A stretch of DNA of 64,000 nt from Bacilli bacterium. GTDB taxonomy: Bacteria > Bacillota_I > Bacilli_A > ML615J-28 > CAG-698. The stretch spans positions 1,534 through 65,533 of the forward strand of contig JAFSVH010000101.1 in assembly GCA_017450215.1 (NCBI GenBank). The letters run 5' to 3'. Below, in pieces: positions 26,254 to 35,997 of this stretch. Below the pieces are notes generated by a model. It was not told the DNA's origin. It worked only from the letters and a program-made list of their open reading frames with translations, and ran no database searches. The position numbers and the translations under genes are program-made. Position 1 is the stretch's first letter. The number at the start of each line of letters is the position of its first letter.

Positions 26254-28626
26254 ATGTTAAACGTGAAAAAAAGAAACGGTGAAATCGTTGCTTTTGACAT
26301 TACAAAAATTGAAAAAGCAATTGAACAAGCCTTTAAATCCGTAAAGCGTGAATACTCAAAAGACATGTTAGAATTACTTGCTTTAAGAGTAACCGCTAAC
26401 TTTACAGAAAAAATACAAAATGGTGTTATATCTGTAGAAGACATCCAAGATAGTGTTGAAATTGTGTTGATTCAATCACAATTTGTGGATGTTGCAAAAT
26501 CTTATATTATTTATAGAAAACAACACGAAAAAATTAGAAATACTAGAAAGACTATTCTAGATTATAAAGATACAATTAATAATTACCTAAAAATAAATGA
26601 CTGGAGAGTAAAAGAAAATTCTACAGTTACTTATTCAGTTGGTGGTTTAATCCTATCAAATTCAGGTGCATTAACTGCTAATTATTGGTTAAGTGAAATC
26701 TATGATTCTGAAATTGAAGAAGCACATAGAAATGCTGATATTCATATTCATGACTTATCAATGTTAACAGGTTATTGTGCAGGTTGGTCATTAAAGCAAT
26801 TAATCAAAGAAGGTTTAGGCGGTGTTCCAGGAAAGATTACTTCTGCTCCTGCTGCTCACCTTTCTACTTTATGTAATCAAATGACTAACTTCTTAGGTAT
26901 TATGCAAAATGAATGGGCTGGAGCTCAAGCTTTCTCATCATTTGATACATACCTTGCACCATTTGTAAAAGCTGACAACTTAACATACAAAGAAACAAAG
27001 CAATGCATCCAATCTTTCATTTATGGTGTTAACACTCCTTCTCGTTGGGGTACACAAGCACCATTCACTAACATCACACTTGACTGGGTTGTGCCAAATG
27101 ATATGGCTGAGTTAAATGCAATCGTTGGTGGAAAAGAAATGGATTTCAAATATAAAGATTGCGTTAAAGAAATGGCAATGGTAAACAAAGCTTTCATCGA
27201 AATCATGATTGAAGGTGATGCTAATGGCCGTGGCTTCCAATATCCAATCCCTACATATTCTATCACTAGAGATTTTGATTGGAGTGATACTGAAAACAAT
27301 CGTTTATTATTTGAAATGACTGCTAAATATGGAACTCCATACTTCTCTAATTATATAAATTCAGATATGGAACCAAGTGATGTAAGAAGCATGTGCTGTA
27401 GATTACGTCTTGACTTACGTGAATTACGTAAAAAATCAGGTGGTTTCTTTGGTAGTGGTGAATCAACTGGTTCAGTTGGTGTAGTTACACTTAATATGCC
27501 TCGTCTAGCATATTTATCAAGTGATATAGATGACTTCTATAAGAGATTAGATCACTTACTAGACATTTCAGCAAGATCATTAAAGATTAAACGTGATGTC
27601 ATCACTAAATTCTTAGATGCTGGTCTTTATCCTTATACTAAACGTTATTTAGGCACATTCAATAACCACTTCTCTACAATTGGACTAGTTGGTATGAATG
27701 AATGCTGCTTAAATGCAAAATGGTTAAAGAAAGACTTAACTCATAAAGATAGTCAAGAATTTACAAAAGATGTTCTAAACCACATGAGAGAACGCCTAAA
27801 AGATTACCAAGAAAAATATGGCGACCTTTATAACTTAGAAGCAACTCCAGCAGAATCAACAGCTTATAGACTTGCTAAACACGATAAGAAGAGATTCCCT
27901 GACATCATTACTGCTTCTGATGGTGATGCTACTCCATATTATACTAATAGTTCTCATTTACCTGTTGGTTATACAGATGACATCTTCAAAGCTTTAGATG
28001 TTCAAGATGAATTACAAACACTTTATACATCAGGAACTGTTTTCCATACATTCTTAGGTCAAAAGCTTCCTGATTGGAAGTCTTGTGCTAAATTAGTTAG
28101 AAAGATCGCTGAAAACTACAAGCTTCCTTATTATACAATGTCTCCAACATATTCAGTATGTTCTAAACATGGTTACATTGAAGGCGAAGTTTATATTTGC
28201 CCTGAATGCGGAAGAAAGACTGAAGTATATAGTAGAATAACTGGTTACTATCGTCCTGTTCAAAACTGGAATGATGGAAAGACTGAAGAATTCAAGAGTA
28301 GACGCACATATATAATTGAAACTTCAAAGATGAAGAGAAAAACACATGAAGATGAAGCTTTAGAATGTGCACAACCAGAAGCAAAGGAAATGTCAGATAA
28401 GTTGTTATTATTTACTACTCCTACATGTCCTAATTGCAAAATGGCTAAAGCAATGTTAAAGAATGCAAATATTGATTATGTATCAATAGATGCAGAAGAA
28501 AACAAAGATACAACTTTAAAATTCGGTATTAAAAAAGCACCAACATTATTAGTTCCAACTGAAAATGGTTATGAATATTTTGATAATGCTAGTGAAATTA
28601 AGAGATATATCGAAAGTAGAAAATAA
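26254..28626 (+). CDS. nrdD: anaerobic ribonucleoside-triphosphate reductase (class III) with C-terminal glutaredoxin/NrdH-like domain
   Basis: N-terminal ATP-cone, glycyl-radical motif SRITGYYRP, zinc ribbon CPECG. Extra ~75-aa C-terminal domain LLLFTTPTCPNCKMAK...APTLLV at about 28402-28623. Start at ATG 26254 (GGAGG upstream) rather than track start 26236. Confidence 0.9.
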   Translation: MLNVKKRNGEIVAFDITKIEKAIEQAFKSVKREYSKDMLELLALRVTANFTEKIQNGVISVEDIQDSVEIVLIQSQFVDVAKSYIIYRKQHEKIRNTRKTILDYKDTINNYLKINDWRVKENSTVTYSVGGLILSNSGALTANYWLSEIYDSEIEEAHRNADIHIHDLSMLTGYCAGWSLKQLIKEGLGGVPGKITSAPAAHLSTLCNQMTNFLGIMQNEWAGAQAFSSFDTYLAPFVKADNLTYKETKQCIQSFIYGVNTPSRWGTQAPFTNITLDWVVPNDMAELNAIVGGKEMDFKYKDCVKEMAMVNKAFIEIMIEGDANGRGFQYPIPTYSITRDFDWSDTENNRLLFEMTAKYGTPYFSNYINSDMEPSDVRSMCCRLRLDLRELRKKSGGFFGSGESTGSVGVVTLNMPRLAYLSSDIDDFYKRLDHLLDISARSLKIKRDVITKFLDAGLYPYTKRYLGTFNNHFSTIGLVGMNECCLNAKWLKKDLTHKDSQEFTKDVLNHMRERLKDYQEKYGDLYNLEATPAESTAYRLAKHDKKRFPDIITASDGDATPYYTNSSHLPVGYTDDIFKALDVQDELQTLYTSGTVFHTFLGQKLPDWKSCAKLVRKIAENYKLPYYTMSPTYSVCSKHGYIEGEVYICPECGRKTEVYSRITGYYRPVQNWNDGKTEEFKSRRTYIIETSKMKRKTHEDEALECAQPEAKEMSDKLLLFTTPTCPNCKMAKAMLKNANIDYVSIDAEENKDTTLKFGIKKAPTLLVPTENGYEYFDNASEIKRYIESRK

Positions 28627-28641
28627 AAAAGAGATTAAATT

Positions 28642-29556
28642 ATGTATGATATCCTAATTATAGGTGCAGGAGCAGCAGGTATGACTGCTGCTCTTAATGC
28701 ACTAAGAAACAATAAAACTGTATTAGTAATAGAAAAAGAAACAATCGGTGGACAAATTGCCTCTTCACCAAAAGTAGAAAACCTTCCATCAATCAAAGAA
28801 ATCTCTGGTGTAGATTTTTCAAGTCAACTATATGATCAAATAGAAGCATTAGGATGTGAATTTGATTTTGATGAAGTTAAATCAATTGAAAAAATCGATG
28901 AAGGCCACTTCAAAATAATATCTGAATACAATGAATATGAAGCTAAATCAGTTATCATTGCAAGTGGAGTTAAACATCGTCATCTAAATGCTATCAATCA
29001 TGATTTATTAGATGGTAGAGGCATATCTTATTGTGCAGTATGTGATGGTGCCTTTTACAAAGATGAAATCGTCAGCGTAATCGGAGATGCTAATACTGCT
29101 TTACAATATGCACTTCTTCTCGCTAACACATCTCTTAAGGTATATTTATGTTGTCTTTTCGATAAATTATTTGCTGATAAAATCTTAATTAATCGTGTAA
29201 TAAAAAATCCAAGAATTGAAATAACTTATAATATTTCTCTTCTTGAATATTTAAAAGATGACAATAATAAACTTAAAGGTTTAAGGTTTGAAGATACTAA
29301 AACTAAAAAAGAAATAATCTTTGATTGCAAAGGCTGTTTTGTTGCAATAGGACAAATCCCTGACAATGAAAAATTCTCTAATTTAGTAGACTTAGAAAAA
29401 GGTTTTATCAAAACTAATGAATTGTGTGAGACAAAAACAAAAGGCTTATATGCTATTGGTGATTGTAGAGTTAAAACGCTTAGACAGGTTTCTACTGCTG
29501 TAGCTGATGGCGCTATTGCTGCCTTTTATGCAATTAATTATGTTGATTCTTTATAA
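28642..29556 (+). CDS. thioredoxin-reductase-like flavoprotein (CAVCDG redox centre), NADPH-binding motifs degenerate
   Basis: FAD motif IIGAGAAG and redox-active CAVCDG. VIGGGDSA is replaced by VIGDANTA and the HRRD Arg pair by CCLFD. Confidence 0.8.
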   Translation: MYDILIIGAGAAGMTAALNALRNNKTVLVIEKETIGGQIASSPKVENLPSIKEISGVDFSSQLYDQIEALGCEFDFDEVKSIEKIDEGHFKIISEYNEYEAKSVIIASGVKHRHLNAINHDLLDGRGISYCAVCDGAFYKDEIVSVIGDANTALQYALLLANTSLKVYLCCLFDKLFADKILINRVIKNPRIEITYNISLLEYLKDDNNKLKGLRFEDTKTKKEIIFDCKGCFVAIGQIPDNEKFSNLVDLEKGFIKTNELCETKTKGLYAIGDCRVKTLRQVSTAVADGAIAAFYAINYVDSL

Positions 29557-29565
29557 AAAAGAATG

Positions 29566-29604
29566 TGACTTGTATCAAAAATAGATACAAGCCACTTTTT
29601 TTAT
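29566..29604 (+). terminator. bidirectional terminator between the converging nrdD-trxB-like and nrdG operons
   Basis: CTTGTATC-aaaaata-GATACAAG stem, flanked by a T-run on plus and an A-run upstream. Confidence 0.55.
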
Positions 29605-30623
29605 TTAAATAAATGTCCTTCTATAACTTTCACAATTTTTTCTAAATTAACTTTATCATTATCAGAGAATCTATAAAAAGATGGACTATCAATATCCAAA
29701 ACACCATAAATATCATTACCATTATAAATTGGAATAACAATTTCAGATTTAGATCTTGCATCACAAGCAATATGACCATCAAACATCAAGACATTACCAA
29801 CAACTAATGTCTTACCTAGTTCTACACTTCTAAAGCAAACACCACGACCACGTTTTAAAACTGTACATGCAGGTTCACCCATAAATGGTCCTAACAATAA
29901 TTCATCATTTTTATATAAATAAAAACCTAACCAATTAATATTATCTATATTATGATAAAGCAAACTTGCTGTGTTTGCTAAAACGGAAATATCAAAATTA
30001 ACATCATTATTCAAACTATCAACATTAGTTATTAATTCTTTATATTTATCTACTTTATAACCAAATACTTTTGCTAAATTAGAATTCTTATAATCACTAT
30101 CTAAGCTTACATCGCTATAGATATAAATATCATAATATTTAGTAAATACTTTTTCTATTTTCTCTTTAATAGCATCATTTACTTCATCTACTTCAATCTC
30201 ACATGTAAAGAATTCAGTTTTTAAATTTAAATATTCATCAAATTCAAATTTTAATACTTTATTTTCATTCTTCTTATCAATTTGAACTTCATCAATAAAT
30301 CTATTCTTTAAAACGAAACTTTCAATATTATCTTCTTTAATTAAATCATTAAAAACTAATTCACTTATCTCTTTTTCGTATTCTTTTCTAGAATAGAGAA
30401 CAGATTTAGTCTTTAATGTTGCAACGTATTTCACATTATTACTAATTATCTTTCTAACTCTAATTGTATGAATAGATTGGAAATTTAAATCATCAAATAT
30501 ATTGCTTAAAATAAAAACAACTTCTTTATTACGTTTCAAATAATATTGACTAATATTAATTGGATTATTTAATTTATCAGGTAATATATTAATTCTATAT
30601 TTTAATTCAGTTTCAACAGCCAT
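29601..30623 (-). CDS. CYTH-domain / free methionine-(R)-sulfoxide reductase (GAF, fRMsr) fusion protein
   Basis: N-terminal ETELKYR (CYTH ExExK) and FTCEIEVDE. C-terminal WLGFYL...GEPACTVLKRGRGVCFRS...FDGHIACDARSKSEIVIP...GVLDIDS matches fRMsr including its three Cys. RBS AAGAGGT. Starts 1 nt after the nrdG stop. Confidence 0.75.
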   Translation of the reverse strand: MAVETELKYRINILPDKLNNPINISQYYLKRNKEVVFILSNIFDDLNFQSIHTIRVRKIISNNVKYVATLKTKSVLYSRKEYEKEISELVFNDLIKEDNIESFVLKNRFIDEVQIDKKNENKVLKFEFDEYLNLKTEFFTCEIEVDEVNDAIKEKIEKVFTKYYDIYIYSDVSLDSDYKNSNLAKVFGYKVDKYKELITNVDSLNNDVNFDISVLANTASLLYHNIDNINWLGFYLYKNDELLLGPFMGEPACTVLKRGRGVCFRSVELGKTLVVGNVLMFDGHIACDARSKSEIVIPIYNGNDIYGVLDIDSPSFYRFSDNDKVNLEKIVKVIEGHLFK

Positions 30624-30624
30624 T

Positions 30625-31323
30625 TTAATAACCTCTTAAATATACATTATCTACATATTCACTTAATATGTCTTTATATTTATTAGCTTCTTCTAAACTA
30701 ATTTCATGAAACCCACCTTTTATGCAGGTACCATGATCAACAAATTTTTGTAAATAAAGTTTCTTTGCTCCTTTTACAAGCTTTCCCATTTTTTTGATAT
30801 TTTCTTCATCATGAAATTCTTTAATTAAAGTAGTTCTAAATTCATAATCAATCACATCGCTCTTTAAATAATCGATAGTTTCTTGAATCTTGTTAAAATC
30901 AAAAGATTCAACACCTATTGTCTCATTATATCTTTCTTTTGAATTCTTAATATCCATAGCAACATAATCAATTAATTTTTCTTCAACTAATTCTCTTAAC
31001 AATTTTAAATTAGAACCATTAGTATCAAATTTAATAAAATATCCGATTTCCTTTATCTGTTTTAATTTTTCCTTTAATCCTTCCATTAATGTTGGTTCAC
31101 CACCACTAATGACAACAGCATCTAGCATCTTCTTTCTTAATTTAAGATAATCTAAGATTTCGTCAAAATCAAAATAAGGATATCTTTTATAATCAATAAC
31201 TAAAGCAGAATTATGACAATATGGACATCGAAAATTACATCCTCCAGTAAATAAGGATGCGCATAAAAAATCATTTAAATCAACTAAAGATAATTTTTCA
31301 AATCCATAAAATTCTTTACTCAT
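30625..31323 (-). CDS. nrdG: anaerobic ribonucleotide reductase activating protein (radical SAM)
   Basis: TGGCNFRCPYCHNS cluster motif typical of NrdG/PflA-type activases. Confidence 0.85.
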   Translation of the reverse strand: MSKEFYGFEKLSLVDLNDFLCASLFTGGCNFRCPYCHNSALVIDYKRYPYFDFDEILDYLKLRKKMLDAVVISGGEPTLMEGLKEKLKQIKEIGYFIKFDTNGSNLKLLRELVEEKLIDYVAMDIKNSKERYNETIGVESFDFNKIQETIDYLKSDVIDYEFRTTLIKEFHDEENIKKMGKLVKGAKKLYLQKFVDHGTCIKGGFHEISLEEANKYKDILSEYVDNVYLRGY

Positions 31324-31382
31324 AAAAGCCTCTTTATTATTTTTATAAAACTGGCAATAATAACATTGCCAGTTTCATATTA

Positions 31383-32579
31383 TTATTTATTGATAAAATA
31401 ATTCTTAATTTCTTCTACTTTATCTACTTTTTCCCAACTAAATTCATCTTCACCGAAGTGACCATAATTTGTTGTTCTAGCATAGATTGGAGTTCTTAAT
31501 TTCAAATGCTTAATTAATCCACCTGGAGTAAGTGGGAAGATAGCTCTAACCATTTTAATTAATTCATTATCACTATATTTACTTGTACCAAATGAATCTA
31601 CTCTAACTGAAGTAGGTTCAGCAACGCCAATAGCATAACTAACTTGTACTTCAACACGTGAAGCAATGCCACTTGCAACTATATTTTTTGCAATATATCT
31701 CATCATATAACAAGCACTACGGTCAACCTTTGAAGGATCCTTTCCAGAGAAAGCACCACCACCATGATGAGCAATTCCACCATATGTATCAACAATAATC
31801 TTTCTTCCAGTCAAACCGCTATCACCTACTGGTCCACCAATACAAAATCTACCAGTAGGATTGATAAGATATGTAGTCTTTTCATCTATCAATTCTTTAG
31901 GAATTACATATTCAATTACATTTTTAATAATGTAATCTTTTAAAAATTCCATATCTACATCTTCTGTGTGTTGAGTTGATAATACAACATTATCTACTCT
32001 TTCCATTTTTCCATTTTTATATTCAATTGTAACTTGTGCTTTTCCATCAGGACGTAAGAATTTAGCACCATTCTTTCTAAGTTGAGCAAGTCTATGTGTT
32101 AAATCATGAGCAAATCTAATAGTTGCAGGCATTAATTCCTTTGTTTCTGTACATGCATAACCAAACATCATACCTTGGTCGCCTGCACCTTTATCATCCC
32201 CAACACCTAAATTAATATCTGGAGATTGACCAATCAATCTAACTTGAATAGGAATAGTATTACCATTAAATCCTAATTCATCATTATCATAGCCAACATC
32301 GCATATTACTTTTCTAGCTATTTTTTCTGGATCAACTTTTTCAAAATTATTACAAGTTATTTCACCAAAAATAACAACAGCATCAGCACAAGCTATTACT
32401 TCACAAGCAACATGAGCTTTTTCATCAACAGATAAATAAGCATCCAAAATTGAATCAGCTATTTTATCACATAATTTATCTGGATGTCCTTCAGTTACTG
32501 ACTCAGATGTAAATAATATTGAGTCATCTTTAATTAAATTTTTTAATTCTTTTGATTTTTCAAGTTTTTGTTCTTTCAT
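31383..32579 (-). CDS. metK: S-adenosylmethionine synthetase
   Basis: GHPDKLCDKIADSILD and GGGAFSGKDPSKVDRSA. Confidence 0.95.
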   Translation of the reverse strand: MKEQKLEKSKELKNLIKDDSILFTSESVTEGHPDKLCDKIADSILDAYLSVDEKAHVACEVIACADAVVIFGEITCNNFEKVDPEKIARKVICDVGYDNDELGFNGNTIPIQVRLIGQSPDINLGVGDDKGAGDQGMMFGYACTETKELMPATIRFAHDLTHRLAQLRKNGAKFLRPDGKAQVTIEYKNGKMERVDNVVLSTQHTEDVDMEFLKDYIIKNVIEYVIPKELIDEKTTYLINPTGRFCIGGPVGDSGLTGRKIIVDTYGGIAHHGGGAFSGKDPSKVDRSACYMMRYIAKNIVASGIASRVEVQVSYAIGVAEPTSVRVDSFGTSKYSDNELIKMVRAIFPLTPGGLIKHLKLRTPIYARTTNYGHFGEDEFSWEKVDKVEEIKNYFINK

Positions 32580-32712
32580 TTTTTATTCCTTCTACAAATG
32601 CTTTTTCTTATTATAAAAAATTATATTTTATAATTATTATTTATAATTATTATTATTTATAATTTTTTTATAAGAATATATTTAGTTTTTTTAAGTTAAA
32701 CTATAAAACTTT

Positions 32713-34428
32713 TTATCTAGATTTCTTTCTAGATTTATTAGCTTTTGAATCTTTGCTTCTTTTGTCGCTACTATTTTTAGATGTTTTTCTACTTCCACCT
32801 ATATTTCCACTCTTCATCTTAGCTTCTTCTAACACAATACGTTTAGTACCTAATTTAACTTTGTTGAAGGAATATAAGACAACATCAATTTTCTTCTTTG
32901 ATACTTCAAAGAAAGAAAAATCATCATGCATCTCAGTATTATTAATATCATCTCTTCTTATTCCACTTTTACTACTAACAAGATTTAATAAATCTTTAAT
33001 AGTAAAGCCATCTCTTTTACCAATATTAATAAATACTCTAATGTCACCACTCTTTGTCTTTGCTTTTCCTTCATCAACTTTCACATTCTCAATTTCTTTA
33101 AGTTCATTAAGTTGCATTAGAATTAGACCATTAATAACTTCATAAGGATTAAGTGATTTAGATACAATACTATTATATATTTCATCATTCACAATCTTAT
33201 AATTCTTTGCTAAAGTGTTTGTTTGCATGCTTGTTTGTTTGTCACTTAAATTATTTAAACTAAGTTCACATGCTTTATTAATGATACGATCAATTCTAAT
33301 TTTTAAAACTCTATTTAAATTTGGAACATCTAATTTAGTAATTGTTGCTTTAGAATAAGCCATTATGCTACGTAAACGATATCTTTCATCAGGTGTAACT
33401 AAAGTAATAGACATACCATCTTTTTTAGCTCTACCAGTTCTACCAACACGATGTACATAATATTCTTCATCTTCAGGAACATCATAATTAATGACAACAT
33501 CAACATCGTTAATATCAAGACCACGAGCAGCAACATCACTAGCAACTAAGATGTTAACAAGGCCATCTTTAAATCTAGCCATTGTTCTATCTCTTTGCAT
33601 TTGCTTCATGTCACCATGCAACCCTTCAACAACGTATCCTCTTTGCATTAAGCCAGATGTAACTTCATCAACTGCTTTTTTAGTATTACAAAAGACCATC
33701 ACAATTTGAAAATTATTAACATCAATTAGTCGAGACATTAATTCAATTTTATCTTGTTCTTTAATTAAACAATAATATTGTTTAACTGTATCAACTGTAA
33801 TTGTGTCAAGAGTTGTCTTGATATTAATTGGATTATTTAAATATTCTTCACAAATTCTCTTAATTTCATCAGAGAAAGTCGCTGAAAAGAGCATTGTATT
33901 ATGTGGTGAAGAAATTCTATCCAAGATATTATCAATATCTTCTCTAAATCCCATATTAAGCATTTCATCAGCTTCATCTAATACAACCCATTTAACACAA
34001 TCTATTTTAATAGTCTTTCTATCTAAATGATCAATCAATCTTCCTGGAGTAGAAACAATAATTTGAGGTTTTTTCTTCAATTCACGAATTTGCTTTTCAA
34101 TATCTTCGCCACCATAAATACTAACAACTTTTATTCCTTCCATGTATTTAGCATAATTCTTAAAATCATTAGTAATTTGGTTAGCTAATTCTCTTGTTGG
34201 AGCAACAATTAAAGCTTGAACGTGATTATCACTTTCTTTAATATTATTTAAAATAGGAAGTCCAAAAGCACAAGTCTTTCCTGTTCCTGTTGGTGCTTGT
34301 GCAATTAAATCACAAGACCTAAGAGCAACTGGAATAACTCTTTCTTGAATATCTGTTGGGCTAGTAAAACCCAAAGCTTCTACTGCTTTAATTAGACGCT
34401 CATTAATAGCAAATTCATTAAATTTCAT
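32713..34428 (-). CDS. DEAD-box ATP-dependent RNA helicase with basic C-terminal tail
   Basis: AQAPTGTGKT, DEAD, SAT, HRVGRTGRAKK. C-terminal K/R/S-rich tail. Confidence 0.9.
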   Translation of the reverse strand: MKFNEFAINERLIKAVEALGFTSPTDIQERVIPVALRSCDLIAQAPTGTGKTCAFGLPILNNIKESDNHVQALIVAPTRELANQITNDFKNYAKYMEGIKVVSIYGGEDIEKQIRELKKKPQIIVSTPGRLIDHLDRKTIKIDCVKWVVLDEADEMLNMGFREDIDNILDRISSPHNTMLFSATFSDEIKRICEEYLNNPINIKTTLDTITVDTVKQYYCLIKEQDKIELMSRLIDVNNFQIVMVFCNTKKAVDEVTSGLMQRGYVVEGLHGDMKQMQRDRTMARFKDGLVNILVASDVAARGLDINDVDVVINYDVPEDEEYYVHRVGRTGRAKKDGMSITLVTPDERYRLRSIMAYSKATITKLDVPNLNRVLKIRIDRIINKACELSLNNLSDKQTSMQTNTLAKNYKIVNDEIYNSIVSKSLNPYEVINGLILMQLNELKEIENVKVDEGKAKTKSGDIRVFINIGKRDGFTIKDLLNLVSSKSGIRRDDINNTEMHDDFSFFEVSKKKIDVVLYSFNKVKLGTKRIVLEEAKMKSGNIGGSRKTSKNSSDKRSKDSKANKSRKKSR

Positions 34429-34443
34429 AATACCTCACATAAA

Positions 34444-35916
34444 TTATAACCAACTATATGCTTGATTCAAACGCTTAATAGATTCTTCTTTTCCAAGAAT
34501 ATCCATTAATTCAACACTTCCACCAGGAGTAACCATAACTCCACTTAAAGCAATTCTCATAACAGTGTAAACTGCACCACTCTTAATTTCTAATTTATTA
34601 GCAAGTTCTACAGTTAATTCATGTAAATGATCCATACTCCAATCGCTACTTGCACTAAATGTATCAATACATTCTTTTAATATCGGTTTTGCAATTTCAC
34701 TATTAAGCTTAAATTTCTTATTATTATATAATTCTTTATCAATTTCTTTGAATTCAGTAATAAAAGCTACTTTTTCACTTATTTCACTAAATATTTCAAT
34801 TCTTGATTGAAGTAAACGACCAAATTTTTCATAATCATATAAGCCCTTAATTGGTGATGCATCAAAGAATGGTGTAGCATATTTCATGAATGTATCAAAA
34901 TCTAATTCTTTAATATATTCACCATTTAACCACTTCATTTTTGCTTGATCAAAAATAGAACTAGATTTACTTAAACCAGAAATACTAAAATTCTCAATCA
35001 ATTCTTCCATAGAGAATTTCTCTTGTTCACCCTTTGGACTCCATCCAAGTAAAGCAATATAATTAATTATAGCCTCTGGAAGATAACCTTTCTTCACAAA
35101 ATCATCAAAATTAGCATCTCCATATCTCTTAGATAATTTTCTTGTTTCATCCTTCATGATAGGAGTTAGATGAATATATACAGGATGTTCCCAACCAAAT
35201 GCATCATAAAGCAAATTATATTTAGGTGTACTACTTAAATATTCATTGCCCCTCATAACATAAGTAATATTCATTAAATGATCATCAACAACATTAGCAA
35301 AATTATAAGTTGGAAGTCCATCAGACTTAATTAGAATTTGATCTTCTAATTCATTATTAGGTATAGTTACATGACCAAATACTAAATCATCAAAAGAACT
35401 AAAACCTTCAGTTGGCATATTTTGTCTAATGACAAATTTATCGCCTCTTTCAAGTCTCATTTTCACTTCTTCTTTAGGTAAATATAAGCAATGCTTATCA
35501 TATCTTGCAATACCATTTTCATTTTTCAATGATTCAAGTCTTTCTTTATCACAGAAACAATAATAAGCAGCACCTTTTTCAATAAGTTTCAAAGCCCAAT
35601 ACATATATATTTCTTTTCTTTGGGTTTGAACATATGGTCCATAAGGTCCACCTTCATTAGGACCTTCATCAACCTTAATTCCAGATTCCTTTAAAGTACT
35701 ATATATAATTTCAACTGCACCTTCCACATAACGCTCTAAATCAGTGTCTTCAATTCTCAAAATAAAATCACCTTTATTTTGTTTTGCATATAGATATGCA
35801 TATAAAGCAGAACGTAAATTTCCAACATGTAAAAAACCAGTTGGAGATGGAGCAAATCTTGTTCTAACTACATTTTTATTAAATTTTATATCATTCATAA
35901 TGAAACTCCTATTCAT
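34444..35916 (-). CDS. gltX: glutamate--tRNA ligase
   Basis: RFAPSPTGFLHVGNLRSALY (HIGH region) and KLSKR. Confidence 0.9.
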   Translation of the reverse strand: MNRSFIMNDIKFNKNVVRTRFAPSPTGFLHVGNLRSALYAYLYAKQNKGDFILRIEDTDLERYVEGAVEIIYSTLKESGIKVDEGPNEGGPYGPYVQTQRKEIYMYWALKLIEKGAAYYCFCDKERLESLKNENGIARYDKHCLYLPKEEVKMRLERGDKFVIRQNMPTEGFSSFDDLVFGHVTIPNNELEDQILIKSDGLPTYNFANVVDDHLMNITYVMRGNEYLSSTPKYNLLYDAFGWEHPVYIHLTPIMKDETRKLSKRYGDANFDDFVKKGYLPEAIINYIALLGWSPKGEQEKFSMEELIENFSISGLSKSSSIFDQAKMKWLNGEYIKELDFDTFMKYATPFFDASPIKGLYDYEKFGRLLQSRIEIFSEISEKVAFITEFKEIDKELYNNKKFKLNSEIAKPILKECIDTFSASSDWSMDHLHELTVELANKLEIKSGAVYTVMRIALSGVMVTPGGSVELMDILGKEESIKRLNQAYSWL

Positions 35917-35997
35917 TTAATTTTACATATTTAATTATAAAACGCCAACAAAGTGGCGTTTATATATTTTAAAAAACAATAATAAATATTTATATTT

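Noticed and set aside
32753-33145. 130-aa plus-strand ORF, plus others at 33491-33709 and 33803-34030
   Set aside because: All lie antisense within the DEAD-box helicase gene. They have no signals.
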